Shown: positions 25,861 through 36,086, counted from the first letter of the stretch. The stretch is 64,000 nucleotides of DNA from Candidatus Bathyarchaeota archaeon (GCA_963733095.1 CAVTBV010000007.1:109665-173664), one strand, 5' to 3'. A program made the numbers and translations. Notes: generated by a model from the sequence alone, not told the origin.

Positions 25861-28530
25861 ATGCAAAATTTAAAAAACAAAACTATGGCTATTTTAATCG
25901 TCGCAATTTTAACTATCTCGATAGGAGCTTCTTTAGCAATCACAAGTGCACACGACCCATCGTGGACTATTGTTTCATACGCTTACCTAACTGTTGCACC
26001 AAACCCAATAGGTGTAGGTCAACAAGTAGGAGTTTACATGTGGGTAGATACAGCCGTTCCAGGCGCATCAGACATTCCAGGGTCATCCAACGACGTTCGA
26101 AGAGAAAACTATAAACTCACAATTACATCGCCAAATGGAGAAATTACAACGCAAACATGGGCATCAGTTAGTGACCCAACAGGGATACAATCATACTACT
26201 TCACTCCAGACCAAGTCGGAACTTACCTGTTGCAGTTTGATTACCCACAACAAACATACGTCTGGAACTCAACGAACACCCCAGGTCTATCCTCAACATA
26301 CTCACAATACTACGGTGACGTCTACACAGCTTCAAGTGCTACACAAACAATAACAGTTCAAAATGAACCGATACAATCACCAGTCGCACCGTCACTGCCA
26401 ACACAATACTGGACATATCCCATAAACGGACAAAACTACAACTGGTACACCATTGCATCAAACTGGCTTTCGGCACCATACATTGCAGGAGCTAACCCAT
26501 CTTTTGGAATTCCTGGAGGAATTCAACCAGACGGCACAGCCCCAAACAGTGCTCACATCATGTGGTCTAAACCAATTCAATACGGAGGAGTTGTAGGCGG
26601 AAATAATACAAATGTTCCAGGTGAAGCATATTATCAAGGTGGCTCATACAACACACGATTCAACAACCCCATCATCATTCAAGGAACACTATTCTTTGAA
26701 TTACCTTTCGGTGAATCAGGAAGAGGCGGAGACTATGTTGCATGGGACTTAAAGACTGGACAACAACTTTGGAGTATTAATACAACAGCAACAGGCGTAA
26801 GCTTAGTTCCATCATTCGGATACCTTTACTCAATGGATCAACCAAACCAACATGGTGTCTTACCTAACGGAGCACTAGTCGCAACAACTAATTCGTACCC
26901 CGGTCAAGGTACAACATGGAAATTCTATGACCCAATGACAGGCGTTCTAACACCAATGACAGTCACAAACGTTCCAGGCGGTTCAAACATAGCCGGACCG
27001 GCAGGCGAATACCTGAAAATAAATTTAGTTAACTACGGAACTACAGATAAACCGAACTGGTACTTACAAGAATGGAACTCCTCTAAAGTATTCGGAATCT
27101 ACCAAGGCACAGGCACAAGCTACTGGTACACAGGAACAGTAAACGCAAGCCTACCCTCTGCCTACGATTGGAACGTATCAGTTGATCTTACTCCAGGCAG
27201 ATGGACTATAGGTACAGCAGCATCAGGAGCAGGACCACTTATAAACTTAGGCGACAAAGCACTCTTAGTTCAAGGAACATTCGGAGGTCACATAGGCGAC
27301 TTCGGAGCAACAATTGCAACAGATCCAGCAAACATCACTGCAGTAAGTCTTAAACCAGAATCACTAGGAAAAACATTATGGACACAGACCTACCAACAAG
27401 CACCAGGCAACAACACTAGGACAATCTGTGGATGGGACCCAACAAACGAAGTCTTCATATTCGAAGACAAAGAAAGCATGACACACTATGGTTTCAGCAC
27501 AACTACAGGTCAACAAGTCTGGGGACCGGTTTCAGTACCAAGAACAACAAGTTCAGATTGGAACTACCTCAGTTTAGACCAAGACCAAGTCGTAAACGGT
27601 AAATTATACTTCTTTGGATATAGTGGCTTCCTTTACTGCTTTAACGACAAAACTGGTGAATTAGAATGGACCTATGGCAATGGTGGAGAAGGCAACAGCA
27701 CTTACGCAGGAACAATAACACCCTATGGCTATTATCCAGTGTTTGTTAGCGCAATCGCAGACGGAAAAGTCTACTTAGTCAGCAGTGAACATTCACCAAA
27801 CTCGCCATTATACCCAGGTGAAGAATTACGATGCATCAACGCAACCGTTGGAACTGAAATATGGGCTATAGATGACTTTGCAAACTGCATGTACGGTGGA
27901 ACTACACCTATTGCAAGTGGTTACTTGGTGACTGATAATACTTATGATCAACAGGTTTACTGCTACGGTAAAGGACCTAGTGCAATGACAGTTGAAGCTC
28001 CAATGGCTGATATCTCACAAGGCGCAGGCTTAGTCATACGGGGAACCATTACAGACATTTCCGCAGGAACACAACAAGCGCAACAAGCAGCAAACTTCCC
28101 CAATGGCGTCCCATGTGTCTCCGATGCAAGCATGCAGGATTGGATGCAATATGTATACATGCAGAAACCACTGCCAAACAACATTACTGGAGTTCCAATC
28201 ACAATAAGTGTTGTCGACTCTAACGGAAACTTTAGAACTATCGGTAATACGACAAGCAATGCCTATGGCACATACAGTTTACAATGGACGCCCGATATCT
28301 CAGGTACATACACAGTTTATGCAACTTTCGGCGGAAGCGAATCATACTATCCATCAAACGCGGTTACTTCTTTTGCAGTTGATCCAGCAGCAGCAACACC
28401 AACACCTACAACAACTCCAGTACAATCTATGGCTGATCAATACTTCCTTCCATCAGTCGCAGCCATAATTGTCGTCATCATAATAGGATTCGTAGTGCTG
28501 GCAATATTGATGCTCAGAAAAAGACCCTAA
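25861..28530 (+). CDS. Membrane-anchored PQQ-like beta-propeller surface protein, paralog 3
   Basis: Signal peptide, DLKTGQQLW / NDKTGELEW repeats, TM + RKRP. Confidence 0.85.
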   Translation: MQNLKNKTMAILIVAILTISIGASLAITSAHDPSWTIVSYAYLTVAPNPIGVGQQVGVYMWVDTAVPGASDIPGSSNDVRRENYKLTITSPNGEITTQTWASVSDPTGIQSYYFTPDQVGTYLLQFDYPQQTYVWNSTNTPGLSSTYSQYYGDVYTASSATQTITVQNEPIQSPVAPSLPTQYWTYPINGQNYNWYTIASNWLSAPYIAGANPSFGIPGGIQPDGTAPNSAHIMWSKPIQYGGVVGGNNTNVPGEAYYQGGSYNTRFNNPIIIQGTLFFELPFGESGRGGDYVAWDLKTGQQLWSINTTATGVSLVPSFGYLYSMDQPNQHGVLPNGALVATTNSYPGQGTTWKFYDPMTGVLTPMTVTNVPGGSNIAGPAGEYLKINLVNYGTTDKPNWYLQEWNSSKVFGIYQGTGTSYWYTGTVNASLPSAYDWNVSVDLTPGRWTIGTAASGAGPLINLGDKALLVQGTFGGHIGDFGATIATDPANITAVSLKPESLGKTLWTQTYQQAPGNNTRTICGWDPTNEVFIFEDKESMTHYGFSTTTGQQVWGPVSVPRTTSSDWNYLSLDQDQVVNGKLYFFGYSGFLYCFNDKTGELEWTYGNGGEGNSTYAGTITPYGYYPVFVSAIADGKVYLVSSEHSPNSPLYPGEELRCINATVGTEIWAIDDFANCMYGGTTPIASGYLVTDNTYDQQVYCYGKGPSAMTVEAPMADISQGAGLVIRGTITDISAGTQQAQQAANFPNGVPCVSDASMQDWMQYVYMQKPLPNNITGVPITISVVDSNGNFRTIGNTTSNAYGTYSLQWTPDISGTYTVYATFGGSESYYPSNAVTSFAVDPAAATPTPTTTPVQSMADQYFLPSVAAIIVVIIIGFVVLAILMLRKRP

Positions 28531-28648
28531 AAACATCCACAATCAATCCCTTCCCCTTTTTTAGTCTTTCAATATTTTTAAGAAAAAAATTATACCTAAG
28601 TAAAGCTATCGAGGGTTGAATTGGTTTAGGCCAGTAGGCGCCAGAGAA

Positions 28649-28706
28649 GTTGTTGTTGTTGTTGTTGTTGTTGCAACTAACTTCTGCACACCGGTAGCAA
28701 CAACAA
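28649..28706. repeat. (GTT)8 microsatellite with downstream complementary GCAACAACAA
   Basis: Read directly from sequence; related element at 31057-31110. Confidence 0.8.
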
Positions 28707-29023
28707 TCAAACACTAATTCCTATCAAAATTACACATTCTGACATTTGAAGGATGTTCTAAAAAGTATCTTGGCATATGAAATAATGAGAAAAAAATTGT
28801 GCCGTCATCATTCTCGAAGATTTCGAGGTAACCAGCAGCTAAGCATAACTATCTTTCGAAACGGATGGGATCAGTTAACAGATTAACGCCATCTTTTCTG
28901 AAAAGTCAAATTGTTCTATAATTCAAAAGCAGAACTTGATGTTGTAGTAGTATGTTAGTCACATTTCTTTAAGAATCCGTTTTACACGTAGGTAAACTGG
29001 CCTAATTTGTTTGGAGATAGTTT

Positions 29024-29224
29024 ATGGATTTTGAAGCAGCGTTAAAATTTTTGAAAGCCTTTTCGGCTTGCAATCCTCGAATTTACAAAGAATTCGCAGG
29101 TTTTCCAGGAGAAAGCTGCCAAGAAGCCGAAAAGGGATATGTACTTTTCTTGGATCCTTGCGCTGTTAGGAAAGATTGTTTTTGCGAGCTTGAAGCTTTC
29201 GCTAAACTAATGATCTCTACATAA
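29024..29224 (+). CDS. Small hypothetical protein, possibly frameshifted at the 3' end
   Basis: GGAG RBS upstream; 66-aa Cys-containing ORF. Confidence 0.4.
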   Translation: MDFEAALKFLKAFSACNPRIYKEFAGFPGESCQEAEKGYVLFLDPCAVRKDCFCELEAFAKLMIST

Positions 29225-29413
29225 AACCCTATCGAGAGGTCTATATGATTTCAGGTCCAACCAATAAACTCTAGCGCGTTGTAATTAAAAGCATCAAATC
29301 TTAGCATTTGAATTTTAGACAGACTTTAAGGAAAAGCACATCATAGTTGAAAGAAAAAAATTTCGGTCAAGTCCGCATTTCCTGGTACTCACTAGTTGAG
29401 CTATATACGGGAC

Positions 29414-29758
29414 TCAAACTTTGGTTGCGGACCAGTAACCTTCCTTCTGGGTAAAAAAGGAAGGTGTTATGAATATCCACCTCAATCCCGACATTACACT
29501 TCCTGTTTTGTTTCCCATGTACATATTTGGAAGTACCGTCGGGGCAGACGGTTTAGTATATTGCCAGACTACCATGTTGCCAAGCTGCCTCCATGTTCCC
29601 TCTGACGCGGCGGTCATAGATGCAAAAGAAAAAGTGTTATCTGCACGGAAAAATATCGAGCTTGAACTCGATATAGTGTGGGTGGGTGAAGTTTTGATAG
29701 TATAAGCCGTGAGCTTCCATTCACCTATAATTGATACACCAAAATCTAAATCTAACAT
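29414..29758 (-). CDS. Hypothetical beta-barrel (lipocalin-like) protein
   Basis: GGAGGTGA RBS; IIGEWKL...FRADNTF...EGTW pattern. Confidence 0.6.
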   Translation of the reverse strand: MLDLDFGVSIIGEWKLTAYTIKTSPTHTISSSSSIFFRADNTFSFASMTAASEGTWRQLGNMVVWQYTKPSAPTVLPNMYMGNKTGSVMSGLRWIFITPSFFTQKEGYWSATKV

Positions 29759-30044
29759 CCCTTCACCTCCCGTTTCTTAGAAGGCTACAATTCTATTTGC
29801 ACGTCTACCTATATTAGATATCCTAATAGAAAGCACAAAGACGTTTGTGGTATAAAGGCGAGGTTAATCTGATTAGAACCAAGAAAAGTCGGTTAGTTGA
29901 AAGACCACCGGTAAATGTAATAATTTTTGCCCATAAACTAGTAAATTATCTCTCTCTAAAGTTAATCTCGATTAATTCTTTAATCGAAGGCTCCAAAACT
30001 CGAAAATCAAGACTAACTTTAAGGCAGTTTTTGATGAGTGATTA

Positions 30045-30393
30045 TTACTTTTCTTGATCTTTCGCCATTTTTTTGATTGTCTGTTTTAGTTGCGGAATGT
30101 TTTCTTTGACTGTTTTCCATATGGTTTCAGTGTCCATTCCGAAATAAGCGTGGATTAGCTTGGCTCGCATACCCGCTATTTCTCTCCATCGAAGCTCACT
30201 ATTCTTTGTTTTGAGGCTCTCAGGGAGTCTTTTGGATGCTTCCGCCTATTACTTCGATGCTGCGAACTACGGCATTGAGGGTTTTCTTGTCTTTAGTGAA
30301 TTGCTCATAACTCATGTCGGCAACGAACCTTTCGATATCATTCACTGCGTCAAGGATATCTTGCAGGTAATCCCTGAGGTCGCGGCGTTTCAT
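30045..30393 (-). pseudogene. hepT: HEPN/DUF86 (HepT-like) toxin, frameshifted
   Basis: MKRRDLRDYLQDIL...AVVRSIEVIG / frameshift / EASKRLP...WREIAGMRAKLIHAYFG (Rx4HxY). Confidence 0.8.
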
Positions 30394-30682
30394 ATCATAA
30401 TGACTTCCTCAAGGATGCGCTCCCCAATGTGAGGTTTGAGAGCCTTCTTTGAAACCAAATCTACTTTGACTCCAAGCAAATCCGATAAGCAATTTTCAAC
30501 TTCATAAACTCGAAAAGCCCAATAGGATCATCAAATTCAACAAGAACATCAACATCGCTGCTCCCCTTCTGCTCACCACGCACGTAAGAACCGAAAACAC
30601 CTATATTCTTAACTTTGAACCTCTCTCGCAGCTCTGCTTTGTGCACAAAAAGCGCCCGCTTGATGGCTTCAACGTTTTTCAT
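30390..30682 (-). pseudogene. mntA: Minimal nucleotidyltransferase (MNT) antitoxin, frameshifted
   Basis: GVFGSYVRGEQKGSSDVDVLVEF; C-terminus LSDLLGVKVDLVSKKALKPHIGERIL is in another frame and ends at an ATGA overlap with hepT. Confidence 0.8.
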
Positions 30683-30749
30683 GTTTTAGAATATGGCGGT
30701 TCGTGACTTTTAGCTTTTCACAGTGGGCTGCTCTGGCTCTATTAACGGA

Positions 30750-31003
30750 GCCGCTTTAGGATCAGCGGATGGTCTACAAGAGCTTTTTTCTTGTCACCCC
30801 CGCAGCCACCACAGATATAACAGATTTTTGTGTAACCAAATTTCTCCGCCAGCGAAGCTCAGATTCGGTGCAAAGTTCCTTAATTAAGAAGCTAGGACTT
30901 GTTTATCCAAAAATCTTTAGCTTATCCATAGGGTTTCGGGTAAGTCTTTGAAGTGCTCGTCTCCGGTTAGTATTTTGCATTGATCTATTCTGGCTGTTGC
31001 AAG
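30750..31003. repeat. Repeat family A copy 3 fused to a near-identical 3' fragment of vapC-4
   Basis: 30910-31003 closely matches 15669-15762 (TTAGCTTATCCATAGGGTTTCGGGTAAGTCTTTGAAGTGCTCGTCTCCGGTTAG). Confidence 0.85.
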
Positions 31004-31298
31004 TTCCAGCGGAGAGAATATTGATTAAAAGCTTAAGGGACGATTAGGAAGAGTAAGTTGCTGTTGCTGCTGCTGCAACTGCATTCTGCAGATCGGTTGC
31101 AACAACTTTCAGATTTAATGCAACAATAATTACATCAATGAACTTGCAAAACATAAAGAAAATTGTATCTCACAATGATATTTTCAAGCGTCTGGCAAAC
31201 AAACTAGAATTGGAAGCCTTCGATCCAGCCCAACCAATACAACCATAGAATTCCACAGTTTAAAGCAATAAAACTTCGTTGATTTTAGAAGCACAGGT

Positions 31299-31523
31299 TC
31301 AGTTTGCCTGTATTTGTTCTTCTTGTTGGGGAATCACCAATAGCTCTACGGCGTCATGTTTTGTGGGAATTTGGTTTGTTGTCTGTTGTGTTTGTTTTAT
31401 GTGTTGCCATGGTTGTCCTATGCAGTAGAGGCTCCAGCCGGCTATGAAGGCGAAGATTAGGAGAGGGGACAGTAGGATGATTGCGAGTTTGCTGCGTTTT
31501 GTTCTAGAGGTTGATTTTGTCAT
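31299..31523 (-). CDS. Small single-TM membrane protein
   Basis: KRSKLAIILLSPLLIFAFIAGWSLYCIGQ; paralog at 33799-33960. Confidence 0.6.
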   Translation of the reverse strand: MTKSTSRTKRSKLAIILLSPLLIFAFIAGWSLYCIGQPWQHIKQTQQTTNQIPTKHDAVELLVIPQQEEQIQAN

Positions 31524-31674
31524 ATGATGCCTGCTCTTGTTTCGTTTAGGAACTTTTAATGTATAAGCTTTATTGATTTTGAATCAATACGGAAAAACCA
31601 TAAAAACATTCACAAACGAGCTTTAACCACCACTCAGCTATAAATCACAATAAGCCATCTGGCTATCATAATGC

Positions 31675-31850
31675 ACACTCACACCCACACTACTCTGCAT
31701 ACACTCTATGTTTAGATATGTGGGCAAACATTCTTCCCACACAAAAACCGCACAAGCCAACAAGCCTAAACCAAAAAAGCAACCATATCCAAACCCCACA
31801 GTGTAGTGTTAAAACATTAGAACCCCACACCCACACAAAGACAAAAAAAA
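31675..31850. repeat. ~176-bp near-identical direct repeat (family B), copy 1
   Basis: Matches 40546-40726 apart from a 5-bp TACAC duplication. Confidence 0.95.
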
Positions 31851-31979
31851 GAAATAAAAATCAAAAACCCATCTCCCACCGCCCCCTAAAGGTATCTGGC
31901 ATGTGTTCTGCATGTTTCTTTATAGACCCTACAGAATAAACAATGATATACCCGAATGTTAAGAAACTAAGGAGAGAAT

Positions 31980-33563
31980 ATGAGCAAAGCTTCGGAAATG
32001 GCAAAGGTTTCAGCAAAGGGCAGTTTTAACGTACTTTGGGGTCTAGTTGTCTCTACACTTATTTCTTCAATCGCAACCATTTTTGTTGCACGACTCCTCG
32101 GCTCAGACCTCTACGGCCTATACGGAATCGTACTCACTGCACCCACCCTGATTGGAGTATTTCGCGATTGGGGCATAAACTCCGCCATGGTCAGAGACAC
32201 CGCCCAATACCTCTCAGAAGGCAGAGCAGCAGAAGTCCGAAGCATACTGATCTCCGGAATAATCTTCGAAGTAACCCTTGGCATAGCCCTCTCCGCACTA
32301 TCCTTCGCCTTCTCAGGATACCTTGCCACAAACGTATTCCACCGCCCCGAAATCGCCCCCCTAATGCAAATCGCATCCCTCTCCATCCTAGCCAGCGGAC
32401 TCATCAACTCCGCCACAGCCACATTCACAGGCATAGAAAAAATGCACCTAAACAGCATCATGCTAATCCTCCACGCCATCATAAAAACCGCCCTCATGGT
32501 AGGACTCGTAGCTTTAGGGTTCGGCACCTCCGGAGCAATCCTAGGCTACACCGTTGCCTTGATAGTTGGCGGATTAATCGGAACAGCCTTCATATGGACC
32601 CAATACAGGCAACTACCAAAACTCACTGGCTTCAAACTAGAAATAAAAGCATACACAAAATCCATGCTATCCTACGGAGTCCCCCTTTCAATTTCAGTAA
32701 TCTTAAGCGGCTTTCTAGGCCAGTACTTCGCTTTCCTGCTCCCAATCTTCTACGTCACCGACAACACCGCTATCGGCAACTTTGGCATCGCCTCAACCTT
32801 TGTAGTCTTAATCGGATTTTTTGCAACACCCATCACCATGATGCTCTTTCCAGCATTCAGCAAGCTCAGTCCCCAAAAAGACAAAACAACCCTACAAGAT
32901 GTTTACCAGTTTTCAGTCAAGTACGGCTCACTCTTTGTCATACCCCTTGCTGCACTAGTTATGTCTTTAGCCGAACCGGCGATTTCTACCTTGTTTGGGC
33001 AGACGTATAATTCAGCACCCCTATTTTTGGCACTGCTCTCACTGACCTATTTCTTTCCAGCACTAGGAAGCTTAAGCTCAAGCAACTTCCTAAACAGCCA
33101 AGGAAGAACCACCTTCATCATGTACCTCACCATACTCGCAGTCGCCATCGGGTTGCCACTGGGGTACGCTTTAATTATGCTGTTTGGAGTCCTGGGGCTT
33201 ATCATGACCTCACTTGTTACTGGGCTCGTCACCTCGATCATCCCAGTCGTTTGGGTTAGAAAAAACTATGGATTAACAGTGGATTGGACCTCTTCAACCA
33301 AAATTGTGCTGTCCTCCTCGACTGCTGCAATAGTTACCTTTCTGCTCATTTCCGAGTTAGGCTTCTCCAGCCTAATCCGACTAATCATAGGCGCAATCTT
33401 CTTCACATTCATCTTCCTCGCCACTGCCCTGTTAACCAAAACCATAAACGAATCCGACGTCAAAAACCTAACCAGCATGGCAAAAGGACTAGGACTTGTA
33501 GGCAGAATCTTCTGTCAATTTCTAAGTATCTACCAAAAAATCATGAAAACCCTCAAACTCTAA
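31980..33563 (+). CDS. Oligosaccharide flippase (Wzx/RfbX family)
   Basis: ARLLGSDLYGLY, DWGINSA, LFPAFSKL, about 14 TM helices. Confidence 0.9.
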   Translation: MSKASEMAKVSAKGSFNVLWGLVVSTLISSIATIFVARLLGSDLYGLYGIVLTAPTLIGVFRDWGINSAMVRDTAQYLSEGRAAEVRSILISGIIFEVTLGIALSALSFAFSGYLATNVFHRPEIAPLMQIASLSILASGLINSATATFTGIEKMHLNSIMLILHAIIKTALMVGLVALGFGTSGAILGYTVALIVGGLIGTAFIWTQYRQLPKLTGFKLEIKAYTKSMLSYGVPLSISVILSGFLGQYFAFLLPIFYVTDNTAIGNFGIASTFVVLIGFFATPITMMLFPAFSKLSPQKDKTTLQDVYQFSVKYGSLFVIPLAALVMSLAEPAISTLFGQTYNSAPLFLALLSLTYFFPALGSLSSSNFLNSQGRTTFIMYLTILAVAIGLPLGYALIMLFGVLGLIMTSLVTGLVTSIIPVVWVRKNYGLTVDWTSSTKIVLSSSTAAIVTFLLISELGFSSLIRLIIGAIFFTFIFLATALLTKTINESDVKNLTSMAKGLGLVGRIFCQFLSIYQKIMKTLKL

Positions 33564-33798
33564 CATTTTACAACGCAAATTTTCAAGCCCATACGATAAC
33601 AAATTTGTTCCATCAACGTTCTCCATTAATCGGGGGTTGGCGAGCACCTAAACCTAACTCCAGATGGCGACTACGCTATTCTTCAAAATGAACACCAAAA
33701 AACTCGATGGAAATTTTGGGGATGGGGCACTTAAACTGAGTTATGCATCAACGATTTTTTATTCGCCAATTCTCTCGACAGTGTTTTGGCAGACTATA

Positions 33799-33960
33799 TT
33801 ATTTGCCCAATTGTCCTATCCAAGATATGATCCAGCCGACAACGAATACGACCAGAAACATGGGCGAGAGTGCAAATAATGCGCGCTTACCGCGTTTTTT
33901 TCTACAGGTTACAGCATTTATCATTTCAGCACCTGTACCATATCCATGCTTAACGCTCAT
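33799..33960 (-). CDS. Small single-TM protein, paralog of 31299-31523 (below ORF-track cutoff)
   Basis: Manual translation ...RKKRGKRALFALSPMFLVVFVVGWIISWIGQLGK*. Confidence 0.5.
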   Translation of the reverse strand: MSVKHGYGTGAEMINAVTCRKKRGKRALFALSPMFLVVFVVGWIISWIGQLGK

Positions 33961-34146
33961 ATTTATAATCTTTGTAAATACCCTCTAGATTTATTATAGG
34001 AAAGAATTGAGCCAAAAAAAGAAAATTTTCATCCAACAAGACGAATAAACCGTTGAAAGAGAAAAATCAATAAGGATATCTCCCACAGTATCTTGGAGTT
34101 CCACAAGATTTCCAACAAAAAAAGCTTTCATACCGAGGCACCTTAA

Positions 34147-34791
34147 TTGTCAAACAAACTAAACTTAATGGATAATTCGACGTTTTTGTTCCAAGGCGAC
34201 AGCATAACAGACGCTGGAAGAAAAGCCAACCACAACCAAGCACTCGGCGACGGATACGTCATGATGACCACAGCGTGGCTGTCCGCGCTATATCCAGAGT
34301 ATAATTTAAGGTTCTTCAATCGCGGAGTGGGCGGAAACCGAGTTAAGGATCTTAGGCATCGTTGGAAGAAAGATTGCTTGGATCTCAAACCCACCTTAGT
34401 TTCGATACTGGTGGGTGTAAACGACATTGCTTGGAAACCTGCTCCAACAGAAAGTTTTCAGGCAGATTACCGGAGCATTCTACAACAAACCCAACAATTA
34501 AACTGCCAAATTGTCCTGCTTGAGCCGTTCCTTGTTCAATCCAAAGGAGACTTTGCCGAACTGTCTGAAGAACTGGATAAGAAAATAGCTGTCGTTAGAG
34601 GGCTTGCACAGGAATTTAAGGCTAAGCTAATTCCGCTAAACGATATTTTTGTGAAAGCCTGCACTAAAAGGGATCCTTTCTTTTGGGCACTTGACGGAGT
34701 ACATCCAACACTTGCGGGACACGCTTTGATTGCACAATCCTGGATTAAAGCAGTGATGGACCAACCACAGAAAAGTGGATTCAAAAAATAG
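34147..34791 (+). CDS. SGNH/GDSL hydrolase
   Basis: FQGDSITD, NRGVGG, VGVND, DGVHP. Confidence 0.92.
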   Translation: MSNKLNLMDNSTFLFQGDSITDAGRKANHNQALGDGYVMMTTAWLSALYPEYNLRFFNRGVGGNRVKDLRHRWKKDCLDLKPTLVSILVGVNDIAWKPAPTESFQADYRSILQQTQQLNCQIVLLEPFLVQSKGDFAELSEELDKKIAVVRGLAQEFKAKLIPLNDIFVKACTKRDPFFWALDGVHPTLAGHALIAQSWIKAVMDQPQKSGFKK

Positions 34792-34797
34792 AGGCAG

Positions 34798-35001
34798 TTA
34801 CGCCGTCATTCTTCTCATCCATAAAACCAGTGTTGATGGAAAGCAAAATATGCAACAAATGAAGAGTACGAGAAAAACTGAAAGAACATACATAGCCGAA
34901 GAAAATTGTCGCACTGTGACGTGTCCAAGTCCAGTGTAGAGGCAGAATTTGGAGTTCCTCAACATCAAAAAGGAGCAAACCGTTGATTCAAGGTTTACCA
35001 T
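34798..35001 (-). CDS. Small hypothetical membrane protein
   Basis: 67-aa ORF with hydrophobic C-terminal half; no motif. Confidence 0.25.
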   Translation of the reverse strand: MVNLESTVCSFLMLRNSKFCLYTGLGHVTVRQFSSAMYVLSVFLVLFICCIFCFPSTLVLWMRRMTA

Positions 35002-35257
35002 TCAAGGTTCATATGCCCACCGCCCGACAGTCTGCAACCAAACAAAAAAATAACATTTCTTATGCTCAAGCTGCGACGATTCACTATTCGTCCACAGCTA
35101 AAATAAAATAAACAAACAAAAACAAACAACCCTTTTTTCATCTTAACCCAACCCTCAAGCAGAAAAACAAATTTCTATAATCCCATAAACAAAGGCACCT
35201 GACAAGATAAAACTCAGTAAACAAAACATCGACAAGCTCCTTGAGGAATACTAAAAC

Positions 35258-35341
35258 CCTTTCTATAAACCAACATCCCTCCCTAATTTTTGACAAATCG
35301 ATTGCTAGAAAATAAATAAGCCGTAGGCCTTTTCTATAACT
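35258..35341. repeat. Repeat family D copy
   Basis: Matches 16346-16410 and 25588-25655; its right part also resembles 15548-15580. Confidence 0.6.
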
Positions 35342-35391
35342 AATCTGATGAGCAAGGCTTTGCGTTTGAAAAATAAAGAGCGCTAAAAGGC

Positions 35392-35865
35392 TTAGCTATG
35401 GCTTGTGCCGATGAGGTTTCTCACATCAAAGCCTTTTGACTTTACAAATTTTATTAATTCCGCAAACAGTGAATTGTCCATTTCGGGGGTTCTGCTCAAT
35501 ATCCAAAGATACTTACGGTCTGGGGTGCCGACAACAGAATAATCGTAGGCATCGCCTAATTTTATAATCCAGTAATCGCCATAAAATGGCCAAAAGAACG
35601 TTACTTTAAGCTTTGCGTTGGTTGTTTTGTCGACAACTTTGGCTTTGCCCTTTGCAAGTTTGATTTTGTTGTTCTTTTTGCATTGGTTGAGTACTGAAAT
35701 GCGGTCACCATTTAGCAGTGTGTATGTTGCGGTTGTTTCGTTGCAGCCTTCTTGGAATTTAGCGGGAAGGTGCGCGATCTCGTACCATTTTCCCAAGTAT
35801 TTTTCTAGTTCGACGTGGGGTACGACTTCAAGAGGGTTATCTTCTTTTTTAGCCAACTGGACCAC
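35392..35865 (-). CDS. blc: Lipocalin (Blc-like)
   Basis: YLGKWYEIA, KLKVTFFWPFYGDYWI, YLWILSRTP. Confidence 0.9.
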   Translation of the reverse strand: MVQLAKKEDNPLEVVPHVELEKYLGKWYEIAHLPAKFQEGCNETTATYTLLNGDRISVLNQCKKNNKIKLAKGKAKVVDKTTNAKLKVTFFWPFYGDYWIIKLGDAYDYSVVGTPDRKYLWILSRTPEMDNSLFAELIKFVKSKGFDVRNLIGTSHS

Positions 35866-35939
35866 TTACATCAAGCAAATTAACAAACACATTAACTTTT
35901 TCTTTCATGCTAAATAGCAAAAGGCGTGACATTTTAGCT

Positions 35940-36086
35940 TTAGTCCTCCATTATTTCAAGCATAGGTTGACCGCAACATTCTGGGTTCTTTTGTTCATGG
36001 CAATTGTGAGAGTGAGCGCAGTCGCAAGTTTCATATTCAGCTTCAATCTTTCCACCACATAATTTACATTGAAAGGTAGGCATCAT
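35940..36086 (-). pseudogene. Small rubredoxin/desulforedoxin-like metal-binding protein, apparently frameshifted
   Basis: MPTFQCKLCGGKIE...CDC.H.H.C then PECCGQPMLEIMED* in another frame. Confidence 0.5.

Noticed and set aside
32036-33010. 324-aa alternative-frame ORF (also 41453-42019)
   Set aside because: Off-frame shadows inside the flippase and MFS genes, with His/Arg/Pro-rich non-protein-like composition.
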